The notes under the pieces: generated by a model
Seen by the model: the letters and a program-made list of their open reading frames with translations, nothing else
Told to the model about the DNA's origin: nothing
Databases searched by the model: none
In this document: positions 17,471 to 27,788 of the stretch, piece by piece
Layout: the number at the start of each line of letters is the position of its first letter
Numbering within the stretch: the stretch's first letter is position 1
Translations under genes and position numbers: made by a program
Origin: an uncultured Desulfospira sp.
GTDB lineage: Bacteria > Desulfobacterota > Desulfobacteria > Desulfobacterales > Desulfobacteraceae
Direction of reading: 5' to 3'
Length of the DNA: 64,000 nt
NCBI GenBank assembly: GCA_963663165.1
Contig: OY760175.1
Span: 6,592,001-6,656,000 of the forward strand

Positions 17471-19133
17471 AGAGCAGATCAAAGAGATTGTCCTTGCAGC
17501 GGCCAGGGCCGCATATGAAAACGGTGCCCTGAAAAGTTCCCAGGTCCCTGACATGGACATTGAAGAACCCAAACACGAGTCCCAGGGAGATCTGTCCACC
17601 AACTTTGCCATGGTATCTGCCGGCCTTCAGAAAATGGCCCCCCAAAAGATTGCCCAGGCAGTGGTTGATGCCATGCCCCCTGTGGACACCATAGAAAAAG
17701 TGGCGGTGGCCGGGCCCGGGTTCATCAATTTTTTTCTGTCTGCCTCAGCCTTTCATCCGGTGGTTGATGAGGTACTTTCCAGGGACGAGGCCTATGGGGC
17801 ATCGGATGTGGGAAAAGGACAGAAAATCCAGGTGGAATTTGTCAGCGCCAATCCCACAGGTCCGCTTCATGTGGGGCACGGCAGGGGGGCGGCCGTGGGT
17901 GATTCCATGGGAAATATTCTCTCCTTTGCCGGGTTTGATGTTCAAAAGGAATATTATATAAATGATTCAGGCCGTCAGATCCGGACCCTGGGCACCTCTG
18001 TCTGGCTCAGGATTCAGGAAATGGCGGGCAGGCCGGTTGACTTTCCCCAGGACTGCTACCAGGGCGATTATATCCGGGACCTTGCCAAAGAACTGCTTGA
18101 ACAGCAGGGAAAAGATTTCCCGGACCAGGATGAGGCAAAAGGCATTGAAGAAAGCGCCCGGTTTGCTGCTGGGAAAATTCTGGATGGCATCCGCAAAGAC
18201 CTTGAAGACTTCGGGGTGACCTTTGACCAATGGTTCAGTGAGCAGAGCCTTTACGACACCGGCCGGGTAGACGAGGCCATCCAGAATCTCAAAGACCGGA
18301 GCGTCATCTATGAAAAGGACGGCGCCCTCTGGTTTAAGACAACGGATTACGGTGATGAAAAAGACCGGGTAGTGGTCCGAAATAACGGGCTGACCACCTA
18401 TTTTGCATCGGATATTGCCTATCATATTGAAAAGTATGAAAGAGGTTTTCACCGGGTGATTGATGTCTGGGGCGCCGACCATCACGGGTATATCAAGCGA
18501 CTGAATGCGTCTGTTGTGGCCTCAGGCCGGAAAAGTGAACAGTTTGATGTGATCCTGGTTCAGCTGGTCAACCTGCTGCGCGGCGGGGTCCCGGTTCAGA
18601 TGTCCACCCGGGCAGGGGAGTTTGTCACCCTCAGGGATATTATGGATGAGGTGGGAAAAGATGCGGCAAGATTTTTGTTTTTAAGCCGCAGTTACGATTC
18701 CGGCCTTGATTTTGACCTGGAGCTGGCCACCCGGAAAAATTCTGATAATCCGGTATATTATGTCCAGTACGTCCATGCCAGGATAACGGGGATACTGGTC
18801 AAGGCGGCTGAACAGGGGATCATCCCGGAAATTGATTTTCAGGCAGGGAAAAATCTGGACCTTCTGGATCAGGCCGAAGAGATCAAGCTCATGAAAATAC
18901 TGGCCGGTTTCAGGGAACAGGTGGAAAAAAGCGCATCCACCCTGCACCCCCATGTTATTTTTACCTACCTGATGACCCTGGCTTCGGCTTTTCATGCATA
19001 TTACAACAAGCATAAAGTCATCACCGATGAAAATGCCCTGACCCTGGCCCGGCTCAGCTTGGTGCTCGCGGTTAAGAAGGTGATCCGGAACGGTTTGGGG
19101 TTATTGGGGGTAAGCGCCCCGGAGCGAATGTAA
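17460..19133 (+). CDS. argS: Arginine--tRNA ligase
   Basis: [48 protein letters not shown]. Confidence 0.97.
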   Translation: MKIKEQIKEIVLAAARAAYENGALKSSQVPDMDIEEPKHESQGDLSTNFAMVSAGLQKMAPQKIAQAVVDAMPPVDTIEKVAVAGPGFINFFLSASAFHPVVDEVLSRDEAYGASDVGKGQKIQVEFVSANPTGPLHVGHGRGAAVGDSMGNILSFAGFDVQKEYYINDSGRQIRTLGTSVWLRIQEMAGRPVDFPQDCYQGDYIRDLAKELLEQQGKDFPDQDEAKGIEESARFAAGKILDGIRKDLEDFGVTFDQWFSEQSLYDTGRVDEAIQNLKDRSVIYEKDGALWFKTTDYGDEKDRVVVRNNGLTTYFASDIAYHIEKYERGFHRVIDVWGADHHGYIKRLNASVVASGRKSEQFDVILVQLVNLLRGGVPVQMSTRAGEFVTLRDIMDEVGKDAARFLFLSRSYDSGLDFDLELATRKNSDNPVYYVQYVHARITGILVKAAEQGIIPEIDFQAGKNLDLLDQAEEIKLMKILAGFREQVEKSASTLHPHVIFTYLMTLASAFHAYYNKHKVITDENALTLARLSLVLAVKKVIRNGLGLLGVSAPERM

Positions 19134-19136
19134 GTT

Positions 19137-19277
19137 GTGTTTGAACAAAAAGTCACCCATCTGCTGCGTTGCAGGGGAATTTGCAATCCTCACAACCTGA
19201 AGGTTGCTCCGGTTACAAATTCCCCTGCGCCTTGCATCTGGGCAACTTTTTGCCCAAACACGGGCTTTTGTTCAGGC
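19137..19277. repeat. Structured ~125-bp dispersed repeat, copy 1 (with short tail)
   Basis: GTGTTTGAAC..ACCCATCTGCTGCGTTGC..ATCCTCA..CTCCGGT..GCGCCTTGCATCTGGGCAA..CAAACAC; homologous to 34817, 47658, 47783, 62524. Confidence 0.85.
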
Positions 19278-19342
19278 AATGGTTTTTTAAGATGTAACGT
19301 TGGATCGGGAATGAACCATCAAGCTTAAAGGCGGCGGGCCGG

Positions 19343-20248
19343 GTGAAGGCGATTTTAAAATATTCCACCTATGGGTTTATCGGGGGATGGATGTTTTTTC
19401 TGGGGGTGATGGTCGGCCGGGGACATTCGCCCGTGACCTTTGATACCCGGGGGTTCCAGGACCGGCTGGCCGCCATTGCCAGGCAGTCCCAGCAACCGGT
19501 GCCCCAGGCGGAAGACGGTGAACTCAGGGTCTATGATGTGAAAAACGACCAGGAGTCAAAACGCCTGGAAAGACGGGTGATCCCAAAGGAGTCCTCCCTG
19601 ATGGCCAAAACCGGTTCGGTGGCCCAAAAAGTTCAGGACCCTGAACCCAAGCCGCTACAGCCGCCTGAAACCCCGTTCCAGGCCCCGGCAGCATCCGATG
19701 ACAAGGCCGGCCCGGAAGAAATTCAAAAAAAAACGCCGGTAGTTGATGAGACCAGGGGCCTTGTCGGAACCAAGGCGGATGCGGGGTCCAAAAGTCCGGC
19801 CGACAGTGAACCGGTACCGGTTAAAACCAGTAAGAAAGCCGCCAGCTTAGATACCGAGGCCCTGTCCCGGTTTAAAAAAGGACCCGCCGGCCGGGATGAC
19901 GGCAAAAAGGCCCCAAAAGTTGAAGCATCTGCTGTGGCAGCAAAACCGCCGGCCGATTCCGATACCGGAAAGGAAACCCAGGCCGGTCATAAAGACAAGG
20001 AAAAAGACGCCGGACCGTCATACACCATTCAGGTGGCCTCTTACCGGTCTCTTGATGATGCCTTAAACCAGATGCATCTTTTGGATAAGAAAGGGTTTGC
20101 ATCCAACAGGACCCAGAAAGAAATTGACGGGACGGTCTGGTACCGGGTGAGATGTGGTTCTTTTACCACCCGCAAAGATGCACAGGCATTTTTAGATAAA
20201 CTGGAAGCGGTTGGTTTTAAAGGCCTGATCCTTAAGGTTTCGGGGTAA
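19343..20248 (+). CDS. SPOR-domain cell division protein (FtsN/DedD-like)
   Basis: N-terminal TM, disordered linker, YTIQVASY...WYRVRCGSF; downstream of argS. Confidence 0.85.
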   Translation: MKAILKYSTYGFIGGWMFFLGVMVGRGHSPVTFDTRGFQDRLAAIARQSQQPVPQAEDGELRVYDVKNDQESKRLERRVIPKESSLMAKTGSVAQKVQDPEPKPLQPPETPFQAPAASDDKAGPEEIQKKTPVVDETRGLVGTKADAGSKSPADSEPVPVKTSKKAASLDTEALSRFKKGPAGRDDGKKAPKVEASAVAAKPPADSDTGKETQAGHKDKEKDAGPSYTIQVASYRSLDDALNQMHLLDKKGFASNRTQKEIDGTVWYRVRCGSFTTRKDAQAFLDKLEAVGFKGLILKVSG

Positions 20249-20250
20249 TG

Positions 20251-20325
20251 TTTAGCATTTAGCTTTAAGCCTTTAGCTATAAGCTATAAGGAATGGCCGC
20301 TGGCTAACAGCTAACAGCTAACAGC
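20251..20325. repeat. Inverted TTAGC/GCTAACA heptamer arrays
   Basis: tttagca tttagct ttaagcc tttagct ... gctaaca gctaaca gctaaca. Confidence 0.8.
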
Positions 20326-20330
20326 AAGGA

Positions 20331-20624
20331 ATGAAAATGAAAATATCAAAAGAAGAAGTTGAGAAAATTGCCCATCTTTCCCGCCTGGACATAGATGAGG
20401 GGCAAAACCTGGACCTGGCCGGGCAGCTGAGCCGGATCCTGGATTATATTGATAAACTCAAGGACGTGGATGTGACCGGGGTAAAGCCTTTTTCCGGGGC
20501 CGCCTTTATCCATAATGTCCTTCGGAAGGACGAGTGCCGGCCCTCTCCCGGGCCTGATGTTACCCTGGCCAATGCGCCGGAGCGGGATGAGGACTTCTAT
20601 CTGGTGCCCCGGGTCGTTAAATAG
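20331..20624 (+). CDS. gatC: Asp/Glu-tRNA amidotransferase subunit C
   Basis: ISKEEVEKIAHLSRL, ILDYIDKL, LANAP...YLVPRV. Confidence 0.92.
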   Translation: MKMKISKEEVEKIAHLSRLDIDEGQNLDLAGQLSRILDYIDKLKDVDVTGVKPFSGAAFIHNVLRKDECRPSPGPDVTLANAPERDEDFYLVPRVVK

Positions 20625-20629
20625 AAAAC

Positions 20630-20713
20630 GGGACTTGGGACTTGGGATTTGGGACTTGGGGTGGTCACCCCGCCGCTTTTTAACGCAACTCCCATATCTC
20701 ATACCCCATATCC
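20630..20713. repeat. Inverted (GGACTTG)n/(CCCATAT)n heptamer arrays
   Basis: gggacttgggacttgggatttgggacttgg...tcccatatctcataccccatatcc. Confidence 0.7.
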
Positions 20714-20802
20714 GGATTTTTCGATAATTGTTGTGGACGGAACGGTTTTTAAAATTTAAGGTCGTCCCTGACGGCTGTATAAAAATAAAATAACGGCGGA
20801 TT

Positions 20803-22266
20803 ATGGACTTACATGAACTGACAATTAAACAGGCATCGGACCTTCTGGCCCAAAAAAAGATATCCTCTCTTGAACTGACCCAGGCCCTGCTGGACCGGAT
20901 TGAGGCCCTTGGCCGGACCATTGCCTCTTTTATCACACTCGATCCGGATGATGCGCTGGCCCAGGCCCAAAAGGCTGATGACATTATCGCGGCCGGTGAA
21001 AACACCCCCTTTACCGGGGTTCCCATTGCCCTGAAAGATGTGCTGTGCACCAACGGCATCAGGACCACCTGTGCATCAAAAATACTGGAAAATTTTGTTC
21101 CGCAGTATGATGCCACAGTGGTGTCCAAGTTAAAACAGGAACACGCCGTGATCATTGGCAAGACCAATATGGATGAGTTTGCCATGGGGTCATCCACTGA
21201 GAATTCGGCCTTGATGGTAACGGCCAACCCCTGGAATACGGCCCATGTCCCGGGCGGCTCCAGCGGCGGGTCAGCCGCTGCGGTGGCGGCCAGGTTCTGC
21301 TGCGGGGCATTGGGGACGGACACGGGCGGCTCCATCCGGCAGCCGGCCTCCCACTGCGGGGTCGTGGGGTTAAAGCCCACCTATGGACGGGTATCCCGGT
21401 TCGGCCTGGTCTCCTATGGATCTTCCCTGGACCAGATCGGCCCCATTGTCCGGGATGTAGAAGACGCGGCCCTGATGATGAACCTGATCTGCGGCCATGA
21501 TCCAAAGGATTCAACCTGTTCGGACCGCAAGGTGCCGGATTTTACCCAGGCGCTTTCCAATCCCTCCCTTAAAGGGATGAAAGCCGGAATTCCCAGGGAA
21601 TACCAGTCCATGGAAGGGGTGGACCCTGAGGTGAGCGCCGTATTTAAACATGCGGTAAAAACCCTGGAAGGTTTGGGCGTGGAAACGGTAGAGGTGGGGC
21701 TTCCCCATTCGGAATATGTGGTGGCGGCCTACTATATTATTGCCCCTTGTGAAGCCAGCGCCAACCTGGCCCGGTTTGACGGGGTGAGATACGGGTTCAG
21801 GGCCCAGGGGCAGGATGATTTGATCAGCATGTATAAACAGACCAAATCCAAGGGATTCGGCCCTGAGGTCCAACGGCGGATCATTATCGGCACCTATGCC
21901 CTGTCTGCCGGATACTATGACGCTTATTACGGCAGGGCGTCCCAGGTTCGGACCCTGATTATGGAAGATTTTTCCAAAGCGTTTGAAAAATGCGATATCA
22001 TTCTGTCTCCGGTGGCACCGACCCCGGCCTTTAAGATTGGGGAAAATGTGGATGACCCGTTGACCATGTATTTGAGCGATATTTTTACCCTTTCTGCCAA
22101 TATGGCCAGTGTTCCGGGCATTTCGGTGCCCGCCGGGTTCTCGTCTTCAGGGCTTCCCATCGGGTTTCAGATGATGGGGGCAAGGTTCGATGAAACGGCT
22201 TTGCTTAAAGCCGGATTTGCCCTGGAGCAGGCACTGGATTTGAAACCCAAATTCCCCGAGATATAG
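20803..22266 (+). CDS. gatA: Asp/Glu-tRNA amidotransferase subunit A
   Basis: GKTNMDEFAMGSS, PGGSSGGS, DTGGSIRQPA amidase signature. Confidence 0.97.
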   Translation: MDLHELTIKQASDLLAQKKISSLELTQALLDRIEALGRTIASFITLDPDDALAQAQKADDIIAAGENTPFTGVPIALKDVLCTNGIRTTCASKILENFVPQYDATVVSKLKQEHAVIIGKTNMDEFAMGSSTENSALMVTANPWNTAHVPGGSSGGSAAAVAARFCCGALGTDTGGSIRQPASHCGVVGLKPTYGRVSRFGLVSYGSSLDQIGPIVRDVEDAALMMNLICGHDPKDSTCSDRKVPDFTQALSNPSLKGMKAGIPREYQSMEGVDPEVSAVFKHAVKTLEGLGVETVEVGLPHSEYVVAAYYIIAPCEASANLARFDGVRYGFRAQGQDDLISMYKQTKSKGFGPEVQRRIIIGTYALSAGYYDAYYGRASQVRTLIMEDFSKAFEKCDIILSPVAPTPAFKIGENVDDPLTMYLSDIFTLSANMASVPGISVPAGFSSSGLPIGFQMMGARFDETALLKAGFALEQALDLKPKFPEI

Positions 22267-22276
22267 GAGGAAAAAG

Positions 22277-22456
22277 ATGTCCACTATTCAGCCCCAGGGC
22301 GAAGCCCTCAAAAAAGCCGTGGAATGGATTTCTGAAAAGAGAAAATCAGACCCGGACCTTGATCCGGCCCGACTGGCGGATGAGGCGGCCCTTAAGTTTG
22401 ATTTAAGCCCCAAGGATTCCGAATTTTTGCTTCGTTTCGTAAAACAGGAAGACTAA
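22277..22456 (+). CDS. Small hypothetical protein (59 aa), below the ORF-track cutoff
   Basis: AGGAGG RBS; MSTIQPQGEALKKAVEWISEKRKSDPDLDPARLADEAALKFDLSPKDSEFLLRFVKQED; stop overlaps mutL ATG (TAATG). Confidence 0.8.
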   Translation: MSTIQPQGEALKKAVEWISEKRKSDPDLDPARLADEAALKFDLSPKDSEFLLRFVKQED

Positions 22457-24339
22457 TGGCGGATATCAGGATACTTCCGGATATCCTGTCCAATCAGATC
22501 GCGGCTGGCGAGGTGGTGGCCCGGCCGGCATCCGTGGTCAAGGAACTGGTGGAAAACAGCATTGATGCCGGGGCCCAAAGAATCCGGGTGGACATTGAAG
22601 ACGGCGGAAAACGGCTGATCCGGGTCAGCGACGACGGGGAAGGCCTCAGCCGTGACCAGGCCCTGCTGGCCATTGAGCGGTATGCCACCTCTAAGATTTT
22701 TACCCGGGAGGATCTGTTTTCCATTTCAACCTTTGGGTTCAGGGGGGAGGCCCTTCCTTCCATTGCCTCGGTATCCCGATTCTGCCTTGTCTCCCGTTTA
22801 CATGACAAAAATACCGGCACACGGATTGATATATCCGGCGGAAAATTAAGTTCTGTCTCAGATGCCGGTGCCCCGCCCGGCACCATGGTGGAGGTGAAAA
22901 ATCTTTTTTTCAACACCCCGGCCCGGCGCAAATTTTTAAAATCCAGGAACACGGAAGGCGGCCATATTGCCGATACCCTGTCGGGCATGGCCCTTGGCAG
23001 TCCGCATATCGGATTCACCCTGAGTGTGGATAACCGGTTGGCCAAAAATTTTCCGGTCAATCAGGACCTGGTTTCACGGTCCCGGGTGGTCTTGGGCCAG
23101 GATGCCGGCCAAAGCCTTTATCCCATCCAAGGGGAGCAGGGCGGTATAAAGGTGGCGGGCACATGCACCCACCCTTCGGTGACCCGGGCCACGGCCCAGC
23201 GGATTTACCTGTTTGTCAACCAGCGCCTGGTCTATGACCGGGGGCTGGTCGGGGCCGTGTTCCGGGGATACAAGGGGCGGATTATGAAAGGCCGGTTTCC
23301 CATGGGAACAGTTTATGTGACCCTTCCCTTTGACCAGGTGGATGTCAATGTCCATCCGTCCAAACGGGAAATCAAATTCTTAGACCCCGGGCCGGTGTAT
23401 GACCTGGTCACATCCTGCGTTGAATCGGCCATGACAAGGGCCCAGAAAAACGTTTTTCACTATACCCTCAGCAGCCCGGGCAGGGATACGGCACCCGTTG
23501 CCCTGGAAAATGAACCGGTTGAGGGCCCCCCGCACAGCCTATCTTTGACGGAATCCCGACAGATGGAAACACGGATTTTTGTCCCGGAGGAACCGGTTTT
23601 GGAAAAGAAAATCGATTTTTCCCACCGGTTTTCATATCCCCCGGCCAAGGTTGAACAGGCTTCCCTTGAATGGGATCAAGAAACAAGAGACAAGAGACAG
23701 GAAACAAGAGGGGAAAGCTTTGAAGATCGGGGCAGGGGGCGGAATGGTGACCTTCGCCAAAGAGAAAAAGACATCCGGGTTGTGGGGCAGGTGATGAATA
23801 CTTATATCCTGGCAGAGCGTGAGGGCTGCCTGATCATGGTGGATCAGCATGCGGCCCATGAACGGATAGTCTATGAAACCCTCAAAAAACGGCATCAGAC
23901 CCTGGATGTTCAAAGCCAGGACCTGCTGGTGCCCGAAATTCTGGAGTTGGGTCACCGGGAGGCGGATCAGCTTGAACAGGTTCTGGCCGACCTTTCAGCA
24001 CTTGGCCTTGAAATTGAATCTTTTGGCGGAACCAGCTTTGCCGTCCGGTCGGTGCCGGCTTTGGTGGAACAAAAAGATATCAAAAAACTGATCCTGGAGA
24101 TTGTGGACTCCCTTGCTAACGGCACCCCTTCGGTGTCGGGATGGCTTGAAGAGTGCTTGATTTCCATGTCCTGCCACAGGGCGGTCCGGGCCAACAAACC
24201 CATGAACGCGGGGGAGATGGCACAGCTTTTAACGGATCTGTTTGCATGTAAAAATCCGTTTCACTGCCCCCATGGCCGGCCCACCATGATCTCCTTTGAC
24301 AGCCATCATATGGAAAAAATGTTTAAACGGCTGGTTTGA
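22456..24339 (+). CDS. mutL: DNA mismatch repair endonuclease MutL
   Basis: NQIAAGEVV.RPASVVKELVEN, GFRGEAL, DQHAAHER, CPHGRP. Confidence 0.97.
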   Translation: MADIRILPDILSNQIAAGEVVARPASVVKELVENSIDAGAQRIRVDIEDGGKRLIRVSDDGEGLSRDQALLAIERYATSKIFTREDLFSISTFGFRGEALPSIASVSRFCLVSRLHDKNTGTRIDISGGKLSSVSDAGAPPGTMVEVKNLFFNTPARRKFLKSRNTEGGHIADTLSGMALGSPHIGFTLSVDNRLAKNFPVNQDLVSRSRVVLGQDAGQSLYPIQGEQGGIKVAGTCTHPSVTRATAQRIYLFVNQRLVYDRGLVGAVFRGYKGRIMKGRFPMGTVYVTLPFDQVDVNVHPSKREIKFLDPGPVYDLVTSCVESAMTRAQKNVFHYTLSSPGRDTAPVALENEPVEGPPHSLSLTESRQMETRIFVPEEPVLEKKIDFSHRFSYPPAKVEQASLEWDQETRDKRQETRGESFEDRGRGRNGDLRQREKDIRVVGQVMNTYILAEREGCLIMVDQHAAHERIVYETLKKRHQTLDVQSQDLLVPEILELGHREADQLEQVLADLSALGLEIESFGGTSFAVRSVPALVEQKDIKKLILEIVDSLANGTPSVSGWLEECLISMSCHRAVRANKPMNAGEMAQLLTDLFACKNPFHCPHGRPTMISFDSHHMEKMFKRLV

Positions 24340-24429
24340 AGGCCCGAGCCGGTGTTATCAACTTAACGCCTTGCCCTGTATAAAAAAAAAAGGTATATCT
24401 GGTGACCATATAATTTTGGGATCTAACAT

Positions 24430-26064
24430 TTGAAGGAGTCTGTTTTGAAAAAATTTTTTCAAGTTGCTTTGTTTGCCGGTTTGGTTTTGCTTCTGGCCCA
24501 GTCCGCGGCCATGGCTGCGGCTGCTAAAGTTGCGGTCCTTCCCTTTACCATCAACGCCCCGGGTGACATGGGGTTCCTGCGGGACGGGATCCAGGACATG
24601 CTGGGCTCCCGGCTGTCCTGGGAAGATAAGGTGGTGGTTATTGACCGGGAGGCCGTTAATCAGGCCGTTGAATCCGTCACCGGATTTAAAGGGCAGAACC
24701 TGGCCCTGATGGTGGGGGCCAAGCTGTCCGCAGATTATGTGGTTTACGGCAGTCTGACCATGATCGGGGAAAATGCCAGCATTGACGCCAAGGTGGTGGA
24801 TGTGGCCGGCAAAAGCGAACCCACATCAATATATAAACAGACCGATACCGTGGGCCAGGTGATCCCTGAGATCAACAAGTTTGCCACGGATATCAATACC
24901 AAAGTCTTTAAACGGCCTGCGGCCCCCGGGTTTGAGGAAACACAGCCTGCCCAACGATACGCCTATCCCAACCAGGGCGCCATCATCCCCAGCGGCATGG
25001 CGGCCGGTGCAATGATGGGATCGGCCGGGCGCCTGGAATTCTGGAAAAGCCGGGATTATGATTACCTGATCACGGGCATTGCCTTTGGGGATGTCAACAA
25101 AGACGGCATCAATGAAATTGTCTATATCTCCGGCCAGCAGGTTTTTGTGACTTATTATGTTAACGGCGCATTGGCACCGCCCCTTGAAATTGCCAACACC
25201 CGGGTCAATACCTACATCGGTGTGGATGTGGCCGATATCAACGGAAACGGGACGCCTGAAATTTTTGTGTCCGGACTTACCGCAGATGAAAACGAGGTCA
25301 GCTCTTATGTATTGGAATATGACGGTGCCGGGTACAAAGAAATCGTCACCCGCTCGCCTTATGTTTTCCGGGTGGTAAAGCCCGTTAACGGGGATCTCAT
25401 GCTTATAGGACAGCGTCAGGAAGGAAAAAAAGGAGGGGTTTTTGCATCCAAAATTTCAGTAATGGCCCCAAGGGGAGATGCTTATTCCCCGGAAAGACTT
25501 TTGTTAAGGCCCGGGTTGTCCAATGCCTTAGGGGTCACTGTGGACGACCTTGACGCCAATGGGAATACCACCGTCATTGCCTACGATAAAAATGACTATC
25601 TTCAGCTGTTTTCAGGGGAAGGCCGGCCAAGCTGGAAAGGTACGGACAGGCTTGGGGGCAGCATGAGCCGTTTTCTGATCACACCGGAAGATCCTACCGG
25701 GGTACTAATAACCCAGTATTTCCCGGTCCGGGTGGGGACTTATGATTCAAACGGGGATGGAAAACCTGAAGTCATTACCCCGGCCAGCCATGATAAGGTC
25801 ATGAATCTGGTGGACGGGTTCCGGGTGTTCTCCAAAACCCGCATGCAGGCCCTGTCCTGGGACAGCTTGGGGGTATTTCCGGCCTGGCAGACCCGGGACC
25901 TGAATGGCCGGATCAGTGATTTCTTTATTGAGGATTTTGACGATGACGGCGTTATGGAGCTGGTGGTTTCCCTGGTCAAAGAGGAAAAGGGCGCCCTTCT
26001 GGACACAGGGGCCCAAAGCACCATTGTGGCCTATGAACTCGGGGAAAAACTTAAGGAAAAGTAA
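24430..26064 (+). CDS. Exported protein: TolB-N/CsgG-like N-domain plus FG-GAP/VCBS repeats
   Basis: Signal peptide; VAVLPF..N; repeated D.N.DG..EI motifs. Confidence 0.75.
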   Translation: MKESVLKKFFQVALFAGLVLLLAQSAAMAAAAKVAVLPFTINAPGDMGFLRDGIQDMLGSRLSWEDKVVVIDREAVNQAVESVTGFKGQNLALMVGAKLSADYVVYGSLTMIGENASIDAKVVDVAGKSEPTSIYKQTDTVGQVIPEINKFATDINTKVFKRPAAPGFEETQPAQRYAYPNQGAIIPSGMAAGAMMGSAGRLEFWKSRDYDYLITGIAFGDVNKDGINEIVYISGQQVFVTYYVNGALAPPLEIANTRVNTYIGVDVADINGNGTPEIFVSGLTADENEVSSYVLEYDGAGYKEIVTRSPYVFRVVKPVNGDLMLIGQRQEGKKGGVFASKISVMAPRGDAYSPERLLLRPGLSNALGVTVDDLDANGNTTVIAYDKNDYLQLFSGEGRPSWKGTDRLGGSMSRFLITPEDPTGVLITQYFPVRVGTYDSNGDGKPEVITPASHDKVMNLVDGFRVFSKTRMQALSWDSLGVFPAWQTRDLNGRISDFFIEDFDDDGVMELVVSLVKEEKGALLDTGAQSTIVAYELGEKLKEK

Positions 26065-26101
26065 AAAAACAGCCATAATCGGCAAAACCTGCAATAAATT
26101 C

Positions 26102-26130
26102 TTGACATTGTGCAGTGCGGCTGGTATTTG
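26102..26130 (+). promoter_or_regulatory. Putative sigma70 promoter of the porin gene
   Basis: TTGACA-N17-TATTTG with TG extension. Confidence 0.45.
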
Positions 26131-26316
26131 GGTAACATAAAAATCTCCTGTCGGGCGATTTTTTGTTAACGGAATCTGAAAATCAATAGGGGATTCCGGT
26201 TTCTAATTTAGAAAAGTTAGGGGTTTGAACCGGCCTTTTAAAAGGAGGGGCCGGTTAAAAGTCCTTCTTTAGTGAAAGTAATTTTATATTAACTCCAATT
26301 TAAAAAGGAAAAAAAG

Positions 26317-27546
26317 ATGAAAAAATTAGCGATTCTTTTGGCAGCACTGATGGCCGTAGCCTTTGCTGCTCCGGCATTTGCTGCCGACAACCTTGAACTG
26401 AGCGGTCAGTTCTGGGTCCGTGGCTGGGACATCAGCAACGACGGTTATACCGATGGCAATGATGCCAGTTTTTTTGACCAGAGAATGAGGCTCATGGCCA
26501 AAATTAAAGCCAGTGATAATGCCTATGTCGTCATCCGTACCGACCTTGGTGAGGGTGTTTGGGGTTCTGGTAATAGTGCTCTTAACGGCATGGGGGGCGG
26601 TTTCGGTACTGGACTGATTGCCCGGCCTGATGAAACTACTGAGGTTCAGATTGACCGTCTTTATGGCGTTTACAATGCAGAGATGTGGGAACTGACCGCT
26701 GGTCTTCAATACCTTGGTCTGGGTATTAAAGAAGTGGTTGATATTGAGCCTACCGCATTCAAACTTCGCCTGAAACTGGGTGCTGTGGAACCCTCGCTTA
26801 TTTATGCCAAGATTGATGAAGGGACATCCATAGATGATGACGCCGACGCAGAAAAAGACGGCGACCTCTACGCCCTGAATGTCAGCTTTGATCTGGCTGG
26901 CTTCGGATCAAATGTTTATTATGCTTACTACGAAGATGATTCAGTAGACATTGACCAGTGGGTACTGGGGTTCATGACTGCCGGCAAACTTGGCATTGTC
27001 AACCTGACTGCTGAAATTGATTTCTTCGGCGGTGAAAATGATACTACCAATGTTGACTATGTTGGATGGAACTTTTACCTGAAAGGCGAAGTCCCCATAA
27101 ACGACGTTTGCAAAGTTGGTGCTGAATTCCTGTATGCCCCCGGTACTGATGAGGCTGATGAGGATCAGATCAGCAACATCGGCGGAACTACCTTTGGCGG
27201 CTTCAACATCATGGATGCCAATTCTCCTGCAGTTCCTGATATTGCCCTTGAAGAGGGTGATGACTTTGAATTGACCGCTGATGGCGGTATTATCGGCTTT
27301 ACCCTGTTCGGTGATTACAAAGTTACTGAAGATCTTTCCTTTGGCGCAAAGATCGGTTATTTTGAGCCTGAAGAAGATGAAAACACCTTACTTGACGACA
27401 AGTTTGCCTTCCTTCTCTGGGGAAACTATGCATTAGGTTCCAACACTTCTGTATGTTTGGCATACTTACAGGAACTGCCTGATACTGACGCTGTGAATGA
27501 CGAAGACATTCAGACCGTTTATGCAAAATTCCAGATTAACTTCTAA
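26317..27546 (+). CDS. Outer-membrane porin-like beta-barrel protein
   Basis: Signal peptide (AFA), amphipathic strands, acidic loops, C-terminal Phe (KFQINF). Confidence 0.75.
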   Translation: MKKLAILLAALMAVAFAAPAFAADNLELSGQFWVRGWDISNDGYTDGNDASFFDQRMRLMAKIKASDNAYVVIRTDLGEGVWGSGNSALNGMGGGFGTGLIARPDETTEVQIDRLYGVYNAEMWELTAGLQYLGLGIKEVVDIEPTAFKLRLKLGAVEPSLIYAKIDEGTSIDDDADAEKDGDLYALNVSFDLAGFGSNVYYAYYEDDSVDIDQWVLGFMTAGKLGIVNLTAEIDFFGGENDTTNVDYVGWNFYLKGEVPINDVCKVGAEFLYAPGTDEADEDQISNIGGTTFGGFNIMDANSPAVPDIALEEGDDFELTADGGIIGFTLFGDYKVTEDLSFGAKIGYFEPEEDENTLLDDKFAFLLWGNYALGSNTSVCLAYLQELPDTDAVNDEDIQTVYAKFQINF

Positions 27547-27585
27547 GCATTTAGCTTAATTTAAATAAAATTACTTTCACGAGTT

Positions 27586-27616
27586 AAGGGCTGCAAGATT
27601 TCTTGCAGCCCTTTTT
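27586..27616 (+). terminator. Intrinsic terminator
   Basis: AAGGGCTGCAAGA/TCTTGCAGCCCTT followed by T tract. Confidence 0.8.
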
Positions 27617-27788
27617 ATTGTTCTGAAGAAAAACAATGTTTAATCAATAAAACGCTTGACATGGGGTTGAACCCGGGATAAAACCGGAATGAACAGTCGG
27701 CTTCTCTGCCCGGTTTCCTATGCGGATAAGGGTCATCGTTATTCACGATGGCCGGAAAATAACAGCAGCTTAAAAAAGGGAGGAAAAG

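Noticed and set aside
19137..19328. Short ORFs at 19137, 34871 and 47674, and N-terminal extensions of khpA (62568) and rnhB (59851)
   Set aside because: Translations of repeat elements, with no independent coding evidence
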